From IMG/VR virus record IMGVR_UViG_3300045963_000139: DNA of 60,289 nt; one strand, written 5' to 3'. Made by a program: the position numbers and the translations under genes. This document shows, in pieces, positions 15,546-23,477 of this stretch. The DNA comes from a virus. The notes under the pieces are model-generated. The model made no database searches. It was not told where the DNA came from and saw nothing but the letters and a program-made list of their open reading frames with translations. The number at the start of each line of letters is the position of its first letter. Position 1 is the first letter of the stretch.

Positions 15546-17509
15546 AAATCACACCGGTCTACATAGACTTTGAAACTTTCTGGAGCGTGACCCACACACT
15601 CTCGAAGATGACCAACATCGAGTACGTGATGCACCCGGAAACGGAAATCATCTCGATGTGCATGAAGGTCGGCATCAACGGCGCTGCCATGGTCTACTTC
15701 GGCGAGGATGAGATTCGCAAAGCGTTGGCCAGCGTTGCATGGGACAAGGGCATGGCCATTGGCCACAACATGTCGGGCTTCGATGCGCTCATCCTCGCGT
15801 GGCGCTTTGGCATCACACCAAAGATGTGGGGTTGCACGCTGGCTATGGCACGCTCCAAGTACAACGCGGACGTGGGCGGCTCACTGTCCAAGCTGGTCGC
15901 GCACTTCAAGTCTGAACTGGAAGCCATGGGCATCAGTGGCGTGAAGGACCAGTCAGCGCTCATCAACACCAAGGGGCGTCACTTGAAGGACTTCACCAAG
16001 GAAGAGATCAAGGCCATGGCGGTCTACAACAAGGACGACACCGAGCAATGCTGTGGGCTGTTCAAGTTACTGGCGCGCGACTTCCCATCCAAGGAGCTGC
16101 TGCAGATCGACCTGACCACGCGCATGCTGACGGAGCCCCAGTTCCTTGTTGACGGCGACCTTCTACGCAGCACCCTGCTGTCTGTTCAGGAAGAGAAGCT
16201 GCGCTCACTCAAGGAGCTTACAGACTTGCTGATGTCCAAGGTAGAACAGGTGGTCCACGTGCTGGAAACCGGCACGCAGCTTGCTGAGTTCACGCGCATG
16301 CAGCTCATGTCTGCGGCGAAGTTCGGTGAAATACTGACCAAGCGCGGCGTGCCTATCCCGATGAAGGCGTCTCCCACCAACCCGAACAAGCAGATACCGG
16401 CGCTGTCCAAGACAGATGAGGCCTTCCTTGCACTGGAAGAACACGACGACCCCGTAGTGGCCATGGCAGTGACCGCGCGGCTGGAGGCCAAGAGCACCCT
16501 GCTGGAAACGCGCATTGCCAAGTTCCTCGAAGCCTCGGGCCGCTTGAAGGGTAAGCTGCCCATGCCGTTGCGCTACGCAGGTGCGGCCACCACTGGTCGC
16601 TGGAGCGGTGAGATTTTCAACCCGCAGAACCTGCCACGCATCGACCCGACCAAACCGAAGCTCTCCGACTGCTTGCGTAACTCACTGATCGCACCCAGCG
16701 GCTACATGGTTGTGACTTCTGACCTTAGCGGTATCGAGCTGCGCATCAACCACTTCTTGTGGCAAGTGCGCTCCAGCATGAAGCTCTTTCATGCAAGCCC
16801 TGACAAGGCTGACCTGTACCGTGAGTTCGCGGCCAACCTGTACACGGTGCCCAGCGTAGCCGACGTGACCAAGAACCAGCGGCAGATCGGCAAGATCGCT
16901 CACTTGGGGCTGGGCTTCGGTGCGGGGGCTGCGACATTCCAGCGCATCGCCAAGATGATGGGCGGCGTGGACATCACGCTCGATGAAGCGCAAGAGATCA
17001 CGGACAAGTGGCGTGAAGAGTACAGCGAGATTTACGAGGGCTGGCGTACCTGCCACAACGCGCTGACCGACATCTACAACGGCAACGACGGAGCGATCGA
17101 CCCGTGGGGCTTGTGCAGGACCGGCAAGGACCACATCGCACTGCCAAGCGGACGCAAGATTTGGTACCCCGGGCTGCATCAGGAAATCGGCGACAAGGGC
17201 AAGAAGGAATGGTGGTATGGCACCGGCCGCAACCGGGCGCGCATCTACGCCGGGAAAGTCGACGAGAACATTGTCCAAGCGCTGGCAGCCGATGTGCTGC
17301 GCGATGTTGTGCGGGCTATGTACACACGCCACGGTATCAAGCCAGCGTTGCTGGTCCATGACGAATACGTTTGCATCGTGAAACTGCATGAGGCCGAGGC
17401 AGTACGCGACAAGCTGGATGCCATCATGCGTGAACCGACCACATGGTGGCCAGCGCTTATTAAATGGTCTGAATCAGGAATGGGGTACAGCTATGGTGAA
17501 GCCCACTAA
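15542..17509 (+). CDS. polA: Family A DNA polymerase with a 3'-5' exonuclease domain
   Basis: Exo I YIDFETFW, Exo II HNMSGFDALIL, motif A SDLSGIELRI, motif B RQIGKIAHLGLGFGAG, motif C LVHDEYV. Confidence 0.9.
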   Translation: MKITPVYIDFETFWSVTHTLSKMTNIEYVMHPETEIISMCMKVGINGAAMVYFGEDEIRKALASVAWDKGMAIGHNMSGFDALILAWRFGITPKMWGCTLAMARSKYNADVGGSLSKLVAHFKSELEAMGISGVKDQSALINTKGRHLKDFTKEEIKAMAVYNKDDTEQCCGLFKLLARDFPSKELLQIDLTTRMLTEPQFLVDGDLLRSTLLSVQEEKLRSLKELTDLLMSKVEQVVHVLETGTQLAEFTRMQLMSAAKFGEILTKRGVPIPMKASPTNPNKQIPALSKTDEAFLALEEHDDPVVAMAVTARLEAKSTLLETRIAKFLEASGRLKGKLPMPLRYAGAATTGRWSGEIFNPQNLPRIDPTKPKLSDCLRNSLIAPSGYMVVTSDLSGIELRINHFLWQVRSSMKLFHASPDKADLYREFAANLYTVPSVADVTKNQRQIGKIAHLGLGFGAGAATFQRIAKMMGGVDITLDEAQEITDKWREEYSEIYEGWRTCHNALTDIYNGNDGAIDPWGLCRTGKDHIALPSGRKIWYPGLHQEIGDKGKKEWWYGTGRNRARIYAGKVDENIVQALAADVLRDVVRAMYTRHGIKPALLVHDEYVCIVKLHEAEAVRDKLDAIMREPTTWWPALIKWSESGMGYSYGEAH

Positions 17510-17717
17510 CTTTACGGAGCAAGGGACGTTGGACGATTGCGCACTTACCCTGCGCGACGTTCTTCGTGATTACAAGTCGGAGCTTGTTGACATGCGTAGG
17601 CGAGGGAGCCTACCGAATCCGTCGGGATTTAACATCCTGAATCACGCTGGAGTGGAGCTGCATATATCCCAGCGTTTAATTAACCTCTTCCTAGTCGAAG
17701 AAGCACTGGAAAAATGA
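17493..17717 (+). CDS. Hypothetical protein
   Basis: ORF 17388-17717 trimmed to ATG 17493. 17-nt overlap with the polymerase end. Confidence 0.5.
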   Translation: MVKPTNFTEQGTLDDCALTLRDVLRDYKSELVDMRRRGSLPNPSGFNILNHAGVELHISQRLINLFLVEEALEK

Positions 17718-17944
17718 ACCGCACTGAGAACCTTGGGCACTACCACATAGCTACGGTGGGGCAGCTTAACGAACTGCCCTCCCAAGTAGTTCACATGCTT
17801 AGCATGGTAAAAAATGTAGTCCGCATCAAAGTGGAAGCGCACAAACCCGGCGACACAGTGGATTGCAATATGTGGGGGCAACCCGTAACAATGACGTATG
17901 AAGTAGCGCGGCATCTCGCCACCCTTCATGCACTGGAGAACTAA
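17714..17944 (+). CDS. Hypothetical protein
   Basis: ATGA overlap. 76 aa. Confidence 0.65.
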   Translation: MNRTENLGHYHIATVGQLNELPSQVVHMLSMVKNVVRIKVEAHKPGDTVDCNMWGQPVTMTYEVARHLATLHALEN

Positions 17945-18250
17945 ATGATTGGATACAAACTTTTTCGCAAGCGCAAGGACGGCAGCTACGGCCCCTTGTT
18001 TATTAACCGCAGACTGCGGCTGGAGAAGGGCATCAGCTACCCTGCAGAAGATCACCCAACCAAGGGCTACGCGCATCGCCCCGGCTGGCATGTGTGCAAT
18101 GAACCTCTGGCACCCCATCTGCGCCAAGGTGGGGACCGTGTGTGGTGCAAGGTGTCTATCAAGGTACTCGACGCCATTCACCGCCCGGCATCCCAAGGTG
18201 GCCTCTGGTATCTGGGTAGCAGCATGATGATTTTGGAAGAACTCTCATGA
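17945..18250 (+). CDS. Hypothetical protein
   Basis: RBS ggagaa inside the upstream gene end. 101 aa, MIGYKLFRKRKDGSYGPLFI... Confidence 0.7.
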   Translation: MIGYKLFRKRKDGSYGPLFINRRLRLEKGISYPAEDHPTKGYAHRPGWHVCNEPLAPHLRQGGDRVWCKVSIKVLDAIHRPASQGGLWYLGSSMMILEELS

Positions 18251-18903
18251 AAAAAATGAGTAGCTGGACATACTCGCGACTGTCTGCCTTCGAGACGTGC
18301 GCCAAGCAGTTCTACCACACCAAAGTGCTCAAGGACATAGTCGAGGGCGATACGGCTGCAACACTGTGGGGCAAGAAGGTGCACACCGCATTTGAGAACG
18401 TGATGATTCACAACGAGCCCTTACCCGAGGGCATGCAACACTGGCAAAGCATCGCAGATAAGTTTGCGCGGCTGCCCGGTGAGAAGCTGGTGGAGTACAA
18501 GTTTGCTATCGACAAGAACTTTGAGCCCGCACCGTGGGATGCATCATGGAGTCGCGGCATCGCTGACTTGGTTGTGCGCCACAAGAAACGCGTGCTCATC
18601 GCTGACTGGAAGACAGGCAAGAAGAAACCCACTGAGCAGTTGGACCTGTACGCTGGCTACATCATGGCGCAGTGGCCTGACACCGAAGTCATCCAGACAG
18701 CATTCGTGTGGCTTAAAGAATCCAAGATGACCAAGAAGACGATGGGTGCGGATGCTGTGCCAGTTATCTGGCAACAGTTTGTGCCCCGGGTGCGCCGCAT
18801 GGAGCGCGCCTACGAGCAGGACTCATGGCCTGCTAAACCATCGGGCCTATGCCGAGGCTGGTGCCCCTGTAAAACCTGCCAACACTACAAGGAGAAAACG
18901 TAA
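18247..18903 (+). CDS. Cas4/RecB-like PD-(D/E)XK nuclease with a Cys cluster
   Basis: N-terminal Cys (FETCAKQFYH), core GIADLV...ADWKTGK, C-terminal CRGWCPCKTC consistent with an Fe-S cluster. Confidence 0.8.
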   Translation: MKKMSSWTYSRLSAFETCAKQFYHTKVLKDIVEGDTAATLWGKKVHTAFENVMIHNEPLPEGMQHWQSIADKFARLPGEKLVEYKFAIDKNFEPAPWDASWSRGIADLVVRHKKRVLIADWKTGKKKPTEQLDLYAGYIMAQWPDTEVIQTAFVWLKESKMTKKTMGADAVPVIWQQFVPRVRRMERAYEQDSWPAKPSGLCRGWCPCKTCQHYKEKT

Positions 18904-19154
18904 TGCTTACCATTGACGTAAAGATTGACCCTGCAAGTATGAAAAAGTATGTTGAAGATTACGTGGCCAAGGAGTGCCTGAAAACCATCAAAGTTACCGT
19001 CGACTACTACACAGGCAAAGAACTGCGGCTCTACATCGAGCATGAGGTCAAGGCCGCAATGAAAAGCGAAAAGTTTGTCGCTAACCTGCAAGCCATAGTA
19101 GGTGCCCAAGTCGTAGACCGTTTGGGCAAAAAGATCGCAAAGGAGAAAACGTAA
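18903..19154 (+). CDS. Hypothetical protein
   Basis: TAATG overlap behind aaggagaaaacg. 83 aa. Confidence 0.65.
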   Translation: MLTIDVKIDPASMKKYVEDYVAKECLKTIKVTVDYYTGKELRLYIEHEVKAAMKSEKFVANLQAIVGAQVVDRLGKKIAKEKT

Positions 19155-19390
19155 TGGACGAAGCAGTCGTAATCAACAAGCCACAATTGGTGGCAGCCAT
19201 CAAAGCCGGTGCGCAAGCATCGTTTGAACTGGCCAAGCAACACCCCTTCAAGGTAACGCTTGGCACCCTGACACTCACCTTCAAGGAGGGACTGCATGAA
19301 CGAAGAGCCAAAGTCATCGTTAGGAATATCCATAGAACACCTGCTTCTGCATTTAATACGGGCGAAGCAAGGGGGTTACTTGGTGCGTAG
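19154..19390 (+). CDS. Hypothetical protein
   Basis: TAATG overlap behind the same aaggagaaaacg junction. The last 95 nt overlap the next ORF. Confidence 0.5.
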   Translation: MDEAVVINKPQLVAAIKAGAQASFELAKQHPFKVTLGTLTLTFKEGLHERRAKVIVRNIHRTPASAFNTGEARGLLGA

Positions 19391-19538
19391 TCAACTCGAT
19401 TATGTAACTACGCTACTTAAGATCGGCGTGCCGGAAGAGCAAGTAGTTGTTCTCAACAGCTTGTGGTTGCGCATGGGGTTAACGCATGTAGTTATTGCAG
19501 GGCGCAGTCATCAACTTCGTGAAATGGAGCCATCGTGA
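19296..19538 (+). CDS. Hypothetical protein
   Basis: Strong RBS aaggaggg 5 nt upstream of ATG. The end is GTGA-coupled to the VRR-NUC gene. Confidence 0.6.
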   Translation: MNEEPKSSLGISIEHLLLHLIRAKQGGYLVRSQLDYVTTLLKIGVPEEQVVVLNSLWLRMGLTHVVIAGRSHQLREMEPS

Positions 19539-19828
19539 CACCTGAAGGAAAGGTCAAAGAAAAAGTCAAGGCCATACTTAAAAGCGAGGGCTGGTGGTTC
19601 TACATTGCAGTAGCTGGCCCCTTTTCAACGCACGGCATACCTGACATAATGTGCTGCAAGAACGGCCAGCTTCTTGGTGTGGAAGTGAAGGCAAAAGGTA
19701 AGCGAAACAACACCACCGCAAATCAAGATCGTGTCATACGAGAGATGGTTGCGGCCGGGGCTTGGGCTATCGTCGTTGACGACGCTCAGCAATTGATGGA
19801 CTTTTTATTGGAGAAAGAACTTGGCTAA
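19535..19828 (+). CDS. VRR-NUC domain nuclease
   Basis: Motifs HGIPDIMC...LLGVEVKAKG. 97 aa. Confidence 0.75.
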   Translation: MTPEGKVKEKVKAILKSEGWWFYIAVAGPFSTHGIPDIMCCKNGQLLGVEVKAKGKRNNTTANQDRVIREMVAAGAWAIVVDDAQQLMDFLLEKELG

Positions 19829-20108
19829 ATCAACTGCAGAAAAGCTGGCCTACCAAAAGGCCTATAACTCGCAACCCGCCCAGAAAGAAGCTGGTGTCGA
19901 ACGTCGCCGCGAACGTCGCCATGAGATCGCTGCGGGCAAGGTAGCAATTGGCGATGGCAAAGATATTGCCCACGTCAAACCCCTGTCAGGTGGTGGCAAG
20001 ACGGTGGCCAGTAACCTGAAGGTCGAGCCCGCTACCAAGAACCGTGGATGGCGCGAAGGCGAAGCTGGATACAAGGTGCCGGTGGACAAGAAAGGTGGTT
20101 CCAAATGA
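19821..20108 (+). CDS. Hypothetical basic protein with a weak HNH-like pattern
   Basis: TTG start behind ggagaaag. DIAHVKPLSGGG...SNLKV...KNRG resembles a degenerate HNH core. Confidence 0.5.
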   Translation: MAKSTAEKLAYQKAYNSQPAQKEAGVERRRERRHEIAAGKVAIGDGKDIAHVKPLSGGGKTVASNLKVEPATKNRGWREGEAGYKVPVDKKGGSK

Positions 20109-20422
20109 AGTTCGCTAAAATTGAGGACGGGGACCTGCAGTGCCCATGCTGCCCCGGAAATAACCTTCATCAAATATCGGTTACCGCATTCTTCCGTGCA
20201 GAAGACGCTGAACGGGGTGTTGCTGGGATGATCTCAGACGAAGGTGGCGGCGTTTTTACAAAAGCCACCATGGAAGATAACCCGAGCGCGCGCAGAGATG
20301 GACTTTCTATTGCGTTTACTTGTGAAAACTGCCACGGTGACCCTACCGAAACAGACAGGATTCCCCACGTCCTTAACGTCGTTCAGCATAAAGGTTTTAC
20401 CCTGATGTACTGGGTAGAGTAA
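20105..20422 (+). CDS. Hypothetical zinc-ribbon-like protein
   Basis: ORF 20048-20422 trimmed to ATG 20105 (ATGA overlap). Motifs CPCC...CENC. Confidence 0.65.
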   Translation: MKFAKIEDGDLQCPCCPGNNLHQISVTAFFRAEDAERGVAGMISDEGGGVFTKATMEDNPSARRDGLSIAFTCENCHGDPTETDRIPHVLNVVQHKGFTLMYWVE

Positions 20423-20423
20423 C

Positions 20424-21992
20424 GTGTACATCCACAAAAGAAAAAAAGCCGTGGTCTTGAAGCTGCGGCACCCCTCAAGGATAACGTCGGTGATACCCAC
20501 AGCGCGCATGGTGAACAGCCATGTGGTAGCTCTACCTCACCGGCCCGACGAGACGCGGGTGCTGCGCAACTTGGGGTTCGACATACCGGACCCGATGCCA
20601 CTGCACTACGACTATCCGTTGGCCAACGGACGGTTCAATCCGTTTGAAGTGCAACGCACGACGGCTAGTTTTCTTTCCATGAGCAGGCGTGCTTTTTGTC
20701 TCAACGACATGGGCACTGGGAAAACCAACTCAGCGCTGTGGGCCTATGACTACCTAAGAACAGTCAAGCAGGCCAAACGCATGCTGGTTGTGTGCCCGCT
20801 GTCTACCATGGAGCGCACGTGGGGGGACGCGGTGTTCTCCACGTTCCCGCATCTGGATGCCGTCGTACTCTATGGCTCCCGCGAACGTCGACTAAAACTG
20901 CTGGACCAGAAAGCCGACATATACATCATCAACATTGATGGCATCAGCATCATCAAAAAGGAGTTAGCCAAACGCCCGGACATCGATCTTGTTGTGGTGG
21001 ATGAACTAGCTATGGCCCGCAACGCACAGACCGACCGATGGACAATACTCAACGAAATATGCAACAAGCAAGCGCCCCGGCGCGTGTGGGGAATGACTGG
21101 CTCACCTACGCCCAACTCCCCTACCGACGCGTGGGCTCAGTGCCGCCTTATCACACCAGACAACCCGGAAGTGCCTCGGTACTTCGGCCGCTTCAAAGAT
21201 TCCGTGATGCGGCAATTGACGCCCTTCAAGTGGATTGCGCGACCGACTGCGAATGACACCGTGTTCAAGTGCATGCAGCCAGCCATCCGGTATGCGCTGG
21301 ACGACTGTGTCGATCTGCCAGAACAGATCGTGCTCTCCCGGGAAGTGGAACTAACCAAGGAGCAAGACAAGGCCTACAAAGACATGATGACCCGCCTGTC
21401 GACGGAAGCCGCAGGTGGCCAAATACTCGCTGTCAACGAAGCTGTCAAGGCCAATAAACTGATACAAATTGCATGTGGCGTTGCGTACGGAACGAATGGC
21501 GAAAACATAATTATTCCATCTAAGCCGAGGGTTGATTTAGTCAAAGAAATCATTGAAGAGTCGGAAGGAAAGGTGATAGTATTTGTCCCCTTGACCGGGG
21601 CGTTGAACGCAATCAAGACAGAATTAGACAAGGACACAACAGTGGAAGTAGTCAATGGCGAGACTAGCAAGTCTGAGCGTGATCGCATTTTTGGTGAGTT
21701 CCAAAACCAAGTCGAACCGCGCGTCTTGTTGGCCAATGCGCAGACCATGAGCCACGGGCTTACCCTAACTGCTGCCACGACGATTGTCTGGTACGCTCCG
21801 GTTCACTCGAACGAAATTTATGAGCAAGCGTGTGCTCGGGTTCGTCGCCCGGGGCAGACAAAGAAAACTGTAATTGTGCATATTGCAGGCACAGCTATGG
21901 AGCGAACGATATATAAAAGACTGGCAGCCAAGCAGTCTATGCAAGGCGTTCTTCTGGACATGGTCAAGGAGAACAATGGTGTTGAAGCGTAA
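20424..21992 (+). CDS. SNF2-family helicase
   Basis: Motif I DMGTGKT, motif II VVVDELAMARN, motif VI ARVRRPGQTK. 522 aa. Confidence 0.85.
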   Translation: MYIHKRKKAVVLKLRHPSRITSVIPTARMVNSHVVALPHRPDETRVLRNLGFDIPDPMPLHYDYPLANGRFNPFEVQRTTASFLSMSRRAFCLNDMGTGKTNSALWAYDYLRTVKQAKRMLVVCPLSTMERTWGDAVFSTFPHLDAVVLYGSRERRLKLLDQKADIYIINIDGISIIKKELAKRPDIDLVVVDELAMARNAQTDRWTILNEICNKQAPRRVWGMTGSPTPNSPTDAWAQCRLITPDNPEVPRYFGRFKDSVMRQLTPFKWIARPTANDTVFKCMQPAIRYALDDCVDLPEQIVLSREVELTKEQDKAYKDMMTRLSTEAAGGQILAVNEAVKANKLIQIACGVAYGTNGENIIIPSKPRVDLVKEIIEESEGKVIVFVPLTGALNAIKTELDKDTTVEVVNGETSKSERDRIFGEFQNQVEPRVLLANAQTMSHGLTLTAATTIVWYAPVHSNEIYEQACARVRRPGQTKKTVIVHIAGTAMERTIYKRLAAKQSMQGVLLDMVKENNGVEA

Positions 21993-22007
21993 CTCAAGGA
22001 ATCCAAA

Positions 22008-22391
22008 ATGAAGCTCTCTGAAGCAGTGGAAATCTACATCGCCATGCGCGATAAAAAGGCTGAGATCGACAAGGCCCGCAAAGCCGAGATCGCAGTCATC
22101 CAAGACAAAATGGACAAGCTCGAAGGCCAGCTCATGGTGGCTCTCGACAAGCTCGGTGGGGAGGGAATGCGTACCGCTGCCGGTACTGCGTACATCAGCT
22201 CTCGCACCAGCGCAACGATCGCCGACAAGGATGCCTTCATGGGCCACGTCAAATCTAATTTGGCATGGGACCTCATGGAAGTCCGAGTCAGCAAACTCGC
22301 AGTGGATGCCTATGCTGCTGAGCACGGTGATGTGCCACCGGGTGTGAACTATCGCACCGAACGCACAGTGTCAATTCGTCGTAACGCTTAA
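22008..22391 (+). CDS. Hypothetical protein with an N-terminal coiled coil
   Basis: RBS aaggaa. 127 aa. Precedes the SSB-like gene. Confidence 0.7.
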   Translation: MKLSEAVEIYIAMRDKKAEIDKARKAEIAVIQDKMDKLEGQLMVALDKLGGEGMRTAAGTAYISSRTSATIADKDAFMGHVKSNLAWDLMEVRVSKLAVDAYAAEHGDVPPGVNYRTERTVSIRRNA

Positions 22392-22410
22392 TCTCAAGGA
22401 AAAGCAAATC

Positions 22411-23367
22411 ATGGCTACATCTCTCATTCCGTTTGAATCCGCCCAACTACCCGCCCACTTGGCTGGCATCGATGTCAAGGCATTTAACTCTGACCTGACT
22501 GCCCACGCAGGTGCGGGCTTTCCTGTCATCTCCATCAAGGGCAAGGTCTTTGCTGTGGTGCGTGACGGCGAACGTGTGGTTCTGCCCAACCCCAAGGACC
22601 CGGATTCTCCTGCCACCAGCATCGAGGTCGTTCTGGTTAAGGCCAACAAGGACAAGTCCAAGGTCTACTACATCGAGAAGTACGACCCCAACTCCAGCGA
22701 CAAGGCCAAGAAGCCCGACTGCTACTCTGCCAACGGTACGCACCCAGCGGCCGACTCCGAGCACAAGCAAGCTACAAGCTGCGCGGTGTGCAAGTGGAAC
22801 GCATGGGGCTCAGCCGTCAACGAGAAGGGCGTGGCCACCAAGGGCAAGGCTTGCCAAGACTCCGTGCGTATTGCCGTGGTGCCCAACGGCACACTGAACG
22901 ACCCGCATCTGATTCGCGTTCCCCCGGCGTCGATCGCAGCCCTTGGCGAGTACGGCCAGATGTTGGCCAAACGCGGTGTGGCGTACAACATGGTGGTCAC
23001 TAAGATCGTCTTCGATCAGGAAGCCGAGAGCCCCAAGCTGATGTTTAAGCCCATGGGTTTCCTGTCGGCCGAAGACTACGCGATCGTCAAAGAGACGCTG
23101 GAATCCAAGACCGTTGAGTCCATCATCGGTGTGGCCGGTCTGTACGATGGCGCTGACGCTGAGGCACCTGCTCAAGAAACGCCAAAACCTGTGCAAGAGA
23201 CACCCCCACCTGCTCAAGAACCTGAGAAACCTAAAGCCGAGAAGCCCAAGGCAGTCAAGCCCAAGGCCGAACCCAAACCCGAGCCGGTCCCAGAACCTGT
23301 TAAGGTAGTGCCGGTTGTGGATGAAGACCCTGACCTCGACATCGACGGCATCGACTTCGACGACTAA
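22411..23367 (+). CDS. Putative ssDNA-binding protein
   Basis: Cys cluster C-x(20)-C-x2-C-x(21)-C, a long P/E/K linker and an acidic tail DEDPDLDIDGIDFDD typical of SSB C-termini. The function is inferred. Confidence 0.5.
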   Translation: MATSLIPFESAQLPAHLAGIDVKAFNSDLTAHAGAGFPVISIKGKVFAVVRDGERVVLPNPKDPDSPATSIEVVLVKANKDKSKVYYIEKYDPNSSDKAKKPDCYSANGTHPAADSEHKQATSCAVCKWNAWGSAVNEKGVATKGKACQDSVRIAVVPNGTLNDPHLIRVPPASIAALGEYGQMLAKRGVAYNMVVTKIVFDQEAESPKLMFKPMGFLSAEDYAIVKETLESKTVESIIGVAGLYDGADAEAPAQETPKPVQETPPPAQEPEKPKAEKPKAVKPKAEPKPEPVPEPVKVVPVVDEDPDLDIDGIDFDD

Positions 23368-23477
23368 ACCCCCCGGAATCGGACGGGTCATGCCCGTCGC
23401 CGGAACCGTAACCGGCACATCCAATAAAACTTTTTTCTTACCGGGGGCGGTATGCAAGTATCTCAAGGGGGTGTCAC

